In this document: in pieces, positions 50,326 to 62,100 of the stretch
Position numbering within the stretch: the stretch's first letter is position 1
Layout: every line of letters begins with the position of its first letter
DNA from: Barthelona sp. PAP020
Lineage: Eukaryota
Direction of reading: 5' to 3'
Length of the DNA: 64,000 bases
Assembly (NCBI GenBank): GCA_040182905.1
Contig: JARQWU010000025.1
Span: 1 to 64,000 of the forward strand
The notes under the pieces: generated by a model
Seen by the model: the letters and a program-made list of their open reading frames with translations, nothing else
Database searches by the model: none
What the model was told of the DNA's origin: nothing
Position numbers and translations under genes: made by a program

Positions 50326-50582
50326 TATAAACACACAAAATTTTTTTTATTTGTTTTATTTTTTTTGATATCCGATGTTTTGACCATTATTTTCATTTAT
50401 CTTTGATCTTCAATGTAAAAAAGAGACCAGCATTGCTTCAAAAGTTGTGTCATTTTGGATGTAAAGACAACTGAATGTTTTTGACAATTTGAAGATTTTA
50501 ATTCATTCAAAATTAAAAATTTATTATTTTAAAGAATGTTAAGTTTTGAAATGCAAAAAAAAAAATAGGAAAAATTGAACTT

Positions 50583-51413
50583 TTACAAACTATCTAGACT
50601 TCCTTCCAAAACCTCAAGTAAAAACGTATTTATGAACTCAGGATAATCATTATCTGTGCCTTTTGATATTAGTGCAATATGTTCATGTACTTTAGGTCTT
50701 TCAAAAAAGGATAATTCAGGTGATAAATTGACAAACAATTTAAAGAATCCTATTTCATCAATCGTTTCAGGGTTCACTTTGCCATCAATCTTTTGAAGGG
50801 AAATTCGTAATTCTGGTAAAATATGTATTTGTGTGAGGAGTGAAGTTTGTGAAGGAACAACAAAATCTCCTTCGACATTTCCAATTAGAACTCTTCTTTC
50901 GAACTTTATTAATGCCCCTAAATGTTCCTTTGAACTGCTTAACTCGTTCATTTTTTGATCATCATCCAAACCCAATAATTCAGAACCTGTTTGTTTTAGA
51001 AACATTTCAACCAATCGATTAGTAAACATATTTATTTGAAAATTCCTTAAAGTAATCATTGGAACAGCAATAAAAACTATTGAATTTAGGTTGAAATTGT
51101 AAGACAATGCAAATTTGCAAAATTCAGGCAAAATATTACGTAATATTATTCCGCCAAAAGAATGAGCTATAAAGCTAATACTAATTGTGCTGTTCATCTC
51201 TTCAACATTCAATGACATGTTAGATAAGATTTGAAATATTTCAAGAAGCACAACCCTCGAACAATGGTCTATTCCTAGTAATGTTTGATTTTCCATTCTC
51301 TTCAGTAAATAAGTCCTGAATTCTTTTTCTGATTCTTCTTCAAGAAATGCAGCAATTTGCTTTAAATCATCAGAAGATCCTAAAAGTCCATGTAATAAGA
51401 ATATTACATGCAT
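50583..51413 (-). CDS. DUF676-like alpha/beta hydrolase (putative lipase)
   Basis: LLHGLLGS oxyanion loop, ISFIAHSFGG nucleophile elbow, QTGSEL, N..GDFVVP. Confidence 0.8.
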   Translation of the reverse strand: MHVIFLLHGLLGSSDDLKQIAAFLEEESEKEFRTYLLKRMENQTLLGIDHCSRVVLLEIFQILSNMSLNVEEMNSTISISFIAHSFGGIILRNILPEFCKFALSYNFNLNSIVFIAVPMITLRNFQINMFTNRLVEMFLKQTGSELLGLDDDQKMNELSSSKEHLGALIKFERRVLIGNVEGDFVVPSQTSLLTQIHILPELRISLQKIDGKVNPETIDEIGFFKLFVNLSPELSFFERPKVHEHIALISKGTDNDYPEFINTFLLEVLEGSLDSL

Positions 51414-51584
51414 TTAACAATAAACTTGTGAAGTTCGCAAATTGTCAATTTCAAAATGAAAACAACAAATTGTCTTTGAAAGTCTTCATATTTTTTAATG
51501 GATTTTGAAAACTACATGTTTTGTGAACAAATAAAAGTGAATCTTATTTTTACGCATGATAAAAAACAAACAAAAAAACCAAAG

Positions 51585-52049
51585 TCAACTTTCTTCAATC
51601 CAAGCTGCATTAATATTCTGTTGCAATGCAAGCCAACTCGATGGCACAGCTTTAGCTTCTTTATCTAATCTATTTTCTGGTTCAGTGATACTGGGAGTTC
51701 TTTTTGTGTTTAATAAATTGAAAAACATTTCTTTTGTGGATGCTTGTTGTTCTGAACTAGACCTAGTAGATATTTGTCGTTTAAATATTTCATTAAATAA
51801 TTTTGTCACACCATTGGCAGTAATTTGTGATAGAGACTTTTCATATTCATTCATTGCTTCTGTAGGCACACTATAATTTCTATTATATCTTTCTTTTTTT
51901 ATTTTGGACATTTCTTTTCTTATTCTCGCTTCTTCAATTTGTCTGTCAACTTTGTGGATAGTTGATTTACTCTTAGATAAGATCGGATTCAAAGCTTTTT
52001 CTCTTCCTAATGGAATTGATAGGATTTGACTAATTGCAGTTGTGAACAT
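51585..52049 (-). CDS. RRP15: Rrp15-like pre-60S biogenesis factor
   Basis: PILSKSK…EYEKSLSQITANGVTKLFN…Q…FFNLL…W matches the Rrp15 pattern EKxLxxIATxGVVxLFN. Confidence 0.75.
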   Translation of the reverse strand: MFTTAISQILSIPLGREKALNPILSKSKSTIHKVDRQIEEARIRKEMSKIKKERYNRNYSVPTEAMNEYEKSLSQITANGVTKLFNEIFKRQISTRSSSEQQASTKEMFFNLLNTKRTPSITEPENRLDKEAKAVPSSWLALQQNINAAWIEES

Positions 52050-52109
52050 AATAATTTAAGAAAAAAAAATGAAATGAAAAAAAGCATTCATTTGTATGTT
52101 TATGGCATA

Positions 52110-53006
52110 ATGGCGAGTGTATCCATTGAATTGATCCGACAGAATAAGACATTTACACCTGGTTCTATTGTGGAAGGGAATATTATCATTGAAACACCAT
52201 CTTCACGAAAACATTCTGGAATTGTTCTTGATATCAATGGTACTATTGATAGAAGATTTGCAGATGAACCTACCTATGGACCTTTAAAGCCAATAGTTCT
52301 GTTAGAACAACAACAACAACTTGTACCACCTGGACTTCTTCAAGAAGGAGTTACTTCATATCCATTTGAATTTGTTCTAGAATCTGACGATCCTAGTGAA
52401 TCTTTGTATGAATCGTATTCTGGATGGTTGATTAAAATTGCCTACAAAATATCTGTTACTGTTGCTGGTTCTGTTTTCAATAGAACTCTTGAATGTTCCA
52501 CACCATTTTATGTTAATATATATTCTCCCCAACAATTTTCTGAAATAAAGAAATTTGTATTGAATCCTTCCAGTATTGGTAATAAATTACGTTTATCATC
52601 TGCATTAAAAGAGTTTAAAGTGGTTGGGCAATGGGACCAAACATCTCTTGATATAAACAATGCCTTTTCTGGTTATTTAATTGTGGAACATTCAGATTAT
52701 CCGATTATTTCAATAGATTTGACTCTTACTCGAGTTGAAACTGTAGGAGATCACAAGAGTTCTCATAAAGTACCCGAAGCTTCAATGATTCAGAATATTC
52801 AAATTGGTTCTGGTGATGTTACTCGTGGTTTGAGAATTCCCATTCACATGATAATACCCAATCATCACGCATGCATAACAACTTATGCTAAATGGTTTTC
52901 TTTGGAATTTCAAGTAAATTTAGTAGTTGTATTTTCCATTGATGGAGAAAAATATGGTGTGGCTGAAGAAATAAAATTACCATTTTACAGAACTAAAACA
53001 TATTAA
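52110..53006 (+). CDS. VPS26C: VPS26C/DSCR3 (Retriever subunit, arrestin fold)
   Basis: HSGI, PFEFVL, LYESYSG, SIDLTLTRVET, EASMIQNIQIGSGDVTRGL.IPIHMI.P, FSLEFQVNLVVVF; start taken at ATG 52110. Confidence 0.88.
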   Translation: MASVSIELIRQNKTFTPGSIVEGNIIIETPSSRKHSGIVLDINGTIDRRFADEPTYGPLKPIVLLEQQQQLVPPGLLQEGVTSYPFEFVLESDDPSESLYESYSGWLIKIAYKISVTVAGSVFNRTLECSTPFYVNIYSPQQFSEIKKFVLNPSSIGNKLRLSSALKEFKVVGQWDQTSLDINNAFSGYLIVEHSDYPIISIDLTLTRVETVGDHKSSHKVPEASMIQNIQIGSGDVTRGLRIPIHMIIPNHHACITTYAKWFSLEFQVNLVVVFSIDGEKYGVAEEIKLPFYRTKTY

Positions 53007-53137
53007 AAAATTAAAATGCTGCAAATTAATCAGAAAATAAAAAGGTTTTAATTTATATTTTTATTTAAATTTGATAAAAAGTTTGGTATATTTTGATGAT
53101 TGAACTATTACCAAATTCATGAAAAAAAGTTTACTGC

Positions 53138-56100
53138 TTAACAGCGGTTTTCACAATCAATTGATATTAATACGTTCTCTACGGTATTATTCAAATTATA
53201 CGTGCAGTTAAAGAACAGTAAATAAACAGTCAAAATAGAATCATCAAATACTTTGACCTTTTCATATTCTTTCAGTTTATCATCATCTAAAATATCAATT
53301 AGACAAGTTTCCTTTAACAAAATCGAATTTCCCATCCTAAACGATAATTTTTTAATTTTTTCTTTTGACACATCTGAATATTTTGATAATTCATCGTTCA
53401 AAGATTCTTTATTTACAATATCAACATTATTAATTCTTAAATTGTTAATAGTTCTCAGAATTTGCAAATGAGAGCTCATTTGAATCTTTTTGAGATCCTT
53501 TTTCAAAATTAAAAACAATTCTTTTTGTCTTAGATTTTGAAACAGATATGCTGAAGGTTTATTCAAAAAAGTACAATCAATGACATGATGATAATTTTTA
53601 AAAGAGTTTATGGATAATGGTTGAAATATGTTTTCAAATACCTGAACAAAATTATCCAAAGTCATAAAATCATGATTGTGCCAAATTTTGTTTTGAAAAG
53701 AAAGATTTGGTAAAATGTTGTTTGATAAATATGTAAATATTTCTAACTGCTTTAAGCAATAATTAAATTCATTAATTTCAAAAGTTTTTTTAATATTTCT
53801 TAAAAGTTTGATAAAATCTTCAAGATTTTTTTTCATTGCTACTTTGTAAGTTTGTAAATTTTCATCAAAAGAATTGAAATCATTATTTAAGCTTGTTACA
53901 CCAAATCTATCTTGTGTATTGTGAATCAATTTATTTAAATATGAGTTACATAACCTATACATTGATAAATTAGTTTTGGAATATGTTAGTGAAAGATCTC
54001 TTTTAAAAATCCCAGAAAAATGGGAATAAATTGATTTTTTGTCTTCAAAAAGACAACTAAAATTGCTCAAAATTTTTTCAATAAAATGATCAACATTTTG
54101 TGTTTGATTATCAAAAGAAAATGAATTTATGAAAATATTAAACCAATTCTTCAACTTAATATTGTTTATCAAAGGAAAATAATAGGTGAAATCAAAAGAA
54201 TTTCCATATTCTTTAAAACCCATACAACAATACAACAAATAATAATATGTGGGTTTTTTAATATTTAAAAGTTCAGCTAAGTAAGTCAAAGATATATAAA
54301 TCACTGCTGTTTTTTGTTGTAATTGGGTATTAAGATCAATTTTTAAATGGGTAAAAACAAAAAAAAGTTCCATAAAAAATTTCTTTGAATTGTAAAAAGA
54401 AATTAAAAATTGATCAGATTTTTCCAAAGTTAAAGTTATTTTAGCCATATTTTCAGCAGATTCAAATGTATATAATGAAGAATCAACATTGAAAAATTCT
54501 GTCAATTTTGTCACAAAAGCATGTAATTTTTGATCAAAAATTAGAGCAAAATTACTTTTGTCAAGTTCATCAATATCACTCTTAACACCAAAAAATTTGA
54601 ATCCAATGTCATTAAAGAAACAATCCAATGCAAATAAAACTTTAGAAGGCTTTAAAACTAAAATAAAAATAACTTGATGAACGTTATGCCAAGGCTCTTC
54701 CAAAGGCAACAATAGACTTTCATTTTCTTCATAATCTAACCACTCATAAAAACTATTTTTCTTTTTTTCAAAAGATTTTTTGAAATTTTCAGAACTTTTG
54801 TTGTAATATTCTATTATTTCTTCAACACTTGTTATTTTTTCACACAAAATCATTTCAATCACTTCAATATCATGTCGTGTGATGTAACCCAATTCAAAAG
54901 CAAACTGAATACCAATTTGAAATTTTTCCATAAAATTGAACTTTTTTAAACATTCAAAAACTTGAACAATCTCAAAATGTTCTGAAAATATGTTACAATG
55001 ATGAAAAATTCCCAAAATTTTTTCTAAAATGTGAAAAACACTAATATTGTGATAAATTTGATGACTTTTATTGACAGTAGCAATGATACAAAAAAGTTGG
55101 AAAATTTGTAAACAAGGAGTAAACTTTTCAAAATAATTTTTGTCGAAATATTCAAAAAGTTCCTGTGTATCCTTCAAAATATTGTCATCTACACTTTCAA
55201 TTGTATTTTCTGGTCGGTATAAACGAATAATATTAAGCATTGTTTCTTTTGAAGAATCAGGTAACAACAATACTCCTAAAACATAATTCAATGTTGAATT
55301 TTTCAGATGAAAATGATACTTATTGAATAGATAATGGTCCAAAGGTATTTCAGATATCCAAATTACTTGTGTTTGCTCATTGAAGCTATTAAAATCTAAT
55401 TCTTTATCAGGAAGTTCATTACAGTCAATAATATTAATAGTATTAGGTCTCAAATCTATCCACTTAGTGATCAAAGAACAATCATTAAATAGCAATGCTA
55501 AATCTTGAACTAAGCTCTTGGGAAAGTTTATTAACTGAATAAATTGATTGAAAAATATGAAACTAATTGATAATGGATCTAATTTCAGCAAAATACTAAA
55601 GAACCCATTGGAATTTTTGATTTCAAACGATTCTAATTGATTATGATTGCTTGAAAAAGAAAAAACTACATTATTCAACTTGAATTGATTTAACTGATCC
55701 TCATCTATAGCTGAAAAAATCTTATCTATTCCATTTGAATAAGCACTTGTCTTTCCATTCATTTCATCAAGTAAATTGAAATCCTCATCTTCTTCATCTG
55801 AACCAATTTCTTCAACAACTTCACAAATAACATCATTTTCACCTGTAAACTCATCATAAACACTTGTAGTTTGATAAAAATCTTGACTCAATGAACTTTC
55901 ATCATTTTCAAAACTATCATCAAATTCAATACCATCATTGCTGTTGTTGTTGTTATCATCATCACTGCTAACGATCATTTCATCACTATTATCTTGAACA
56001 GATGCATAACCACCTCTACTAGAACTAATAGAATACGCTTCCGTTTCTTCCACAACACTAATAACTTCAGATTGAATTTCTGTTCCAAGCATATCATCAA

Positions 56101-59100
56101 AAGGTATAATTGAGTTTGCATTTGATTGAAATCTGGAAGGATTATTGAGAATATCGCCAATTATCGAACCTAACATGTCAATTTGTCTACCATTGGGGAA
56201 ATTAGTAATTGAACTTTGATAATGCCTGCTCAAAAATAGTATCATAAAACGTTCAACAACAGAAATAAATTCTTTGAAATCAACACCAAAAATTAAATTC
56301 CTTTCACTCAAATCTTTGTGTAAAAATTCTTCAACTTTCTTTTTATCTTTATATAACATCAAAGGCAATAAAGAAATCTCAAAAGCACAATAAGAACTCA
56401 GAGCTTCAGCAAATTCAAAATTAATATCATGTTCGACAAAGGAAGGCTTAATCAATATTCTTTTTTCCAATTCTGCCAGCTCATTTAAGCAAATATTAAC
56501 TTCCTCTTTTTTAATTAAAATCTTTTTGGTAACTTCATCCAAACTGTTTGAAAGATCTATCATTTGCTTTTTAATATCACCAATTTGTTCAATTAAAACT
56601 TCATTTTGAACATTTTGATTTGTAATTCGTTCATTTTCCATCCTTAATGTTTGTTTCAAATCATTTATAACAGGAGTAAACTGAGCAAGTTTGAAAAAAT
56701 TATTTAAAGTCTCTAAAAATAATAAAAACAAGGGATTTGTAATAGGTATCATCATTTTGGCAATTGTTTGCAAAATTTTGCTGATAAATTGTAAAATTTT
56801 GTCGTCAATGATAAAGTCTTTACGATCAAATGCTTTAATATCAATGAAAAATTGTTCTCTGGCGGTTAAAGAAGCTTTCAACCTTTGTAAAAGTTCAATA
56901 GGATCTTCAATTCTATTCTCATAGGTTTGATTATCAATGATAGCATAAAACCCTAATAAAATATGGTCTAATGGATGATCTAATTGATGTATATGACATA
57001 TTTGATAAATTACGTCGCCAAATTTGAAAAAATCCAAATTTTGTAAATTTTCATAACTTTTTTGAAATTTATCTAATTTTTTATTATATTCAACCTTTCT
57101 TTTATCTAAAATACTTTTTAAAGTATTGTATCGTGTAGTATTTACCTCAATAATGGATTTTTCTTTTAAAGTAGATAAAAACATTTTTCTTTCACCTAAA
57201 GAATGTATTGTATTGTCTCTACGTTCAATTAATACTTTTATTTTTTGCTTTGTTAAAGCAAACTTTTCATTTATTGCTAATTTTTCAACTAACAAGCTTT
57301 TAAAATTCTTATCATACATTTCTTTCTTTTTAGTCAATTCTTTTTTGAATTCAAAAGCAAATCTATAAACTATATCAAATGTTTCAATCAAATGTTTGAA
57401 ATATTCCTTGTTTTTACAATCAGAACTTTTAAAATTATCAAAATAATCAAAACATTTGATAAAGCAATAGCAAAGATGATGCATCAATTGTTCACTCAAA
57501 TTTTCTTTATTTGTTTTTAATATCGCATTGATTTCCCAACTTAAAATTTCGTTATTCCTCAAATGAACGTCTAAACAAGGAAATATCTTTAAATAATGAC
57601 GTGAATAGTTTTGATTTCCTTGAAATATAAAAGTAATATCGTTTAAACACTCATACAGTTTAAAAACTATATTATTATTCAATATTAAATCAGCAGATAT
57701 GGTTTGCAACACATTCAACATTGCTTTATCAAAAACAGTGGTAAAATACGTTTTCAGCACAAGTAATTTGGTGTTATTGAAACTAAAATGATTCCAATAG
57801 ACAATATTTAAAAGAATAAACAAAATTTTTGGGTCAAAATTATCTAAAGGTACCAAAACAATGATCTTTTTTGAAATATGAATTTTATCAACTAAAATAT
57901 TCAAAAAACTTTCAAACTTTTCTATCAAATGTTCAAAAACATAAAATTCTTCCACATTTTTCGAACATTCCAATGTTGAACATTCCAAATGTTTGGAAGA
58001 ACAAATATTTGAAATTCTTCTAATAATATCAAAACATTCGTTATCTATTCGTTCTTCACAAAAGAAATGCAAAGAATCAAATTGAATTATGAATAGAATC
58101 CAAAATATTCGTAAAATATTTGAAACATTCTTCAAATTGAATTCCTTAACAATTATTGTGAATAAATCAAAAGTATCATTAACCAAATCAAATTCTAATC
58201 CTGTAGGTGTTTTAACAACATACATTTTTTGATTTTCAATCTTTAGATATTCTAATAATTTGACAGGAACAAAACAAACTTGTCCATAATGAATATTTGG
58301 ACCAGAAGTATAGAATTTTTGGACGGAACTTTTGAAAATTTCTTTCAATTTTTTGAACTCAATCAATTTATCAAACCTTGAAGAAATAAAACATTGAAAT
58401 AAGAAGAAATATAAGATTACTTCAATATTTTCTTTCGAATTATCAAAAATACAATTGTCAATGCAATTTTGAATCTCAAACATTAATTGTTCATGATAAC
58501 CTAAAGGGTATTTAATTGAGTAAGCAAAATATAATTTCAAATTATAATTCAAATGTTTTGTAAAGGAATTTAAGATATTGTTAAAGTTTGAAAAATTATT
58601 AGTGGGAAAAAATTTAAATTTATGAAATGCAGGCAATTTTTCATATGTTTGAATTTCCCAACAATTCTCAACATTTGTTGTTAACCCTAAGATTAACTTT
58701 AAATTGTAATGTACTTCAAGCAAATTCATTAAATAAGAAACAATTTCTTCATTAGCGATTTGAAAATTATCCACATATAATATGAGATGGCTATTACCTT
58801 TGGAAAACATAAATTCTTCAAATTTTATTTCACATATACTGTCGATCATTTGTTTTAAAGTAATTAAATCAATTTCTTGTGTCAAATACAGATAATTGAC
58901 CTCAAATTTATCAATAATATTTTGATAAGTTTCTGTGACAATCAATACATTGTCGTTGATATCATTAAAATTGTTGTTATATGTGGTGAATTGATTAATA
59001 ATTTCAAAAGAACAAGGTTTTGTATTTAAATAAAAACAAAATGATTTCAAAGTGTTTGATTGATTAAATTGTTTGAATAAATCTTCAAAAGAATCATTAT

Positions 59101-62100
59101 TAGTTAAATATTGCAAAAAAATCAAACTTAATGAAAAGAAAAGTTCTAAATCAATTTGTTTCTTTTCTTTCTTTCTTTCAGCAAATATCCATTTAACACT
59201 ATTCTTGATAGAATCAATCAAACCAACATAATAATACCATTCTTTGAATTTATCTTTAATTAAACTAATGTAAATATCTAAAATTTCATAAAATATTCTG
59301 CTACTCATCAAATGCTGTATGTAAGGATATATTGAATGTAAAAACTCCAATTTATGATAGGATATGGAGTCATTAGGTAAGAATTCAGACATTATTATAC
59401 CATCAATCTTATTAACAGTTTCATGTCTCAAATAACAATCAACATTATAATTTTCTTTGATTAACATGATGAAAATAATGCTTTTAGAAAATTGAATCTC
59501 ATCATTGATTGTTAAACGATACAATTTGAAGATATCTACATTTTCATTGATAAATATGATATCAAAATCTTCATTTTCTCCATTTTCATTTGTTTCTTCT
59601 TCTTTTTCTTCTTTTTGAATGGTACATTTCAAATCTTTATTATTTTTAGCTTGTTGTTGATAAGTTTTAAAAATGTTTTCAATTTTTTCCAAACCTAAAC
59701 CATTTGATTCTGTACATTTATAAAAAGTTTTACAATTACAGGATTGAGATAGTTCTGCAATTATTTCATCTTCAGTAACATAATTAGGAACAAATATTTT
59801 TGTAAATGAAGGAATATTTCGATTATAAGAATTGAATTGTTGAATATCAGCTTTTAATATGTCAATCAATGAAATAGATCTTGGTATGATATCAAATTGT
59901 TTAAAAAGTGTTGAATCAATAGCAAAATGTTGTAAATAACCTAATAGACATCTAGAAATTTCCAAAACACTGATAGTTACATTCTCTTTTTTTAAAACAT
60001 ATAATATCAATTTCCAAACTTTTTCTGTGAAAGAAAATTCAATTCCAATGTCATTTAAAGCATTTAAAATGTTGATAATAAGAGAAACATCTAAATCTTT
60101 TCTTATTAAAGAAGAATTCTTATTTTTTATAATGTCAATGATAATCAATTGTTTAATTCTATCAATTAAGTTGAACACTTCATTTGTAACGTGATGAATT
60201 TTCCCACAAACATATTTATTAATGTTCATTTGTTGTTCATTTTCAAAATATACAATACAACATTCATTGACACATGTATCAAAACTAAACTCTTCAATAG
60301 TAGATAATCTAAACAATACTAAAATGGAATTTTCAAGACATACATGTAAAAAATCATTGATACTTCGTTTCAAATCTTTGGAAATTTCATTCAAAATAAT
60401 AATCTCATAACCAAAATATTCTTTTATTGCTTTTATTGTTTCAAATAATATACTTGATTCACAAAAAATATTTAAACAATATCCTTTGTCTAAACATTCA
60501 ATCAAATCAATCAAAATATTTTCAACATAAGGTGAAGCTCTTTTAAAATCTGTGGTATTGAAAAAACCAAAAGGTATTTTAAAATCATGATATATTATGT
60601 ACTCTTCATCAAAATTAAATGTGAATGGTATTGGCTTTAAATAAAACAAAGGTTGTAAAGTAAAACTAACAAAGTTTTCTGTTTCAATTTCTGTTTCAGT
60701 GATAAAAAAATTTTCATTTTCATTTGATGAATAAATTTCTTTCTTTTCAAATATTTGTTCAATAACACCCAGTTTATATCCATATAAACATAATAATGTA
60801 AATATATTGATATTATTGACGTTAGTATTTAAATCAGTAGATAATAATGAATAAATTTTATCATAAATGTCTTGACAAATCTCTAAATTATCATAATTTT
60901 TATCTAAATATTCTTTCAATAAAATGTATTGATATTTTTCCGAAAATTCTTTGATTTGTTGCAAAAAGTCATGAAAATTCAGATTTACATCTCGAATATA
61001 TTTAAAATATACAATTTTCAATTCAATGAATACTTCAATTTTTTGATTTTTCATTCTTTGTATTAATGAATAGATACAATCTGAAAAATTTATAAATTCA
61101 TCGATTTGTGGTAAAAACAGTTCTCTATTCAATACAGTAGTTTGTTTACGCAAATAAAAATTGATTAAATATTTTTCCAAAGTGTTTCCATTAAATAAAA
61201 TGAATAAAGATGATTCATTTAATAATTTAGTTCGATAAAAATCAATAAATGAATTGAATAAACGTGTTAAATCAATATCTAATTGATTAAACTTGTTATT
61301 TGCTTCAATTTCATTCAGTTTATTGATAGTTTCAAGAAAACTTGAAGATTCTTTTATAATACTCAAAATATAACAATATTTATCATAAATCATTAAAAAT
61401 CTTTGGGTTAAAGGAGGATGATTGTATATATTTCCTAATAGAAATGCTTTTTGAAAATTTTGAGAAATATTTTCCAAAACTTTCAAAACTTTCATGGTCT
61501 TATCTAATAATATAATATAATCATTTGAAACATTTGATATTTCTTTGGTAGTTATCCAATTAATTTGTAACAATTTTTCAAATATTTCATGAATATGTGT
61601 CATTAAACTTTTGGATCTTTCATTTAAAATGGAAAATTCTTCTATTATCGAAATTTTAACATCTATTTTATCTTCCATTTCTTGTTCACTGTTTTTAATT
61701 GAATCCTTTTTTGAATTATTACTGTTATACCCAAAATAAATTGTATTCATTGAATCTTCTCGTTTTTTATTCAAGATTTTTAAACGAGTTAAAAATCCTT
61801 TTATGTGTTGTTGAATGAAAACAATATTTTGTAATTTTTCAACTTGTTTTTTAATATTTTTTCGATATTCCAAATAATTTTCATCAGTTAAAAGAAATTT
61901 TCGCACATAAATACCTTTAAAAAATGCTTGAATTTTTTCTTGAGCAGTGACACCAATTGATATGGGTTTTTGTACAGTTAATTTGGTAGCAATTCGTTCT
62001 TCATTAACTATTGCAGCATCTTTTAATCTTTTTAAGGTTCTAATGTCTTCAACATCATCTTTGTTCAAAGTTATTGTTTCAACACTGTGTTCAGTAATTT

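Noticed and set aside
14526..51480. Frequent TGACA/TGTCA in intergenic DNA
   Set aside because: A 5-mer only modestly above my rough chance expectation; needs genome-wide statistics.
128..53006. Clustering of membrane-trafficking genes as a functional gene cluster
   Set aside because: They are interspersed with unrelated housekeeping genes on both strands, and such genes are common in any eukaryotic genome.
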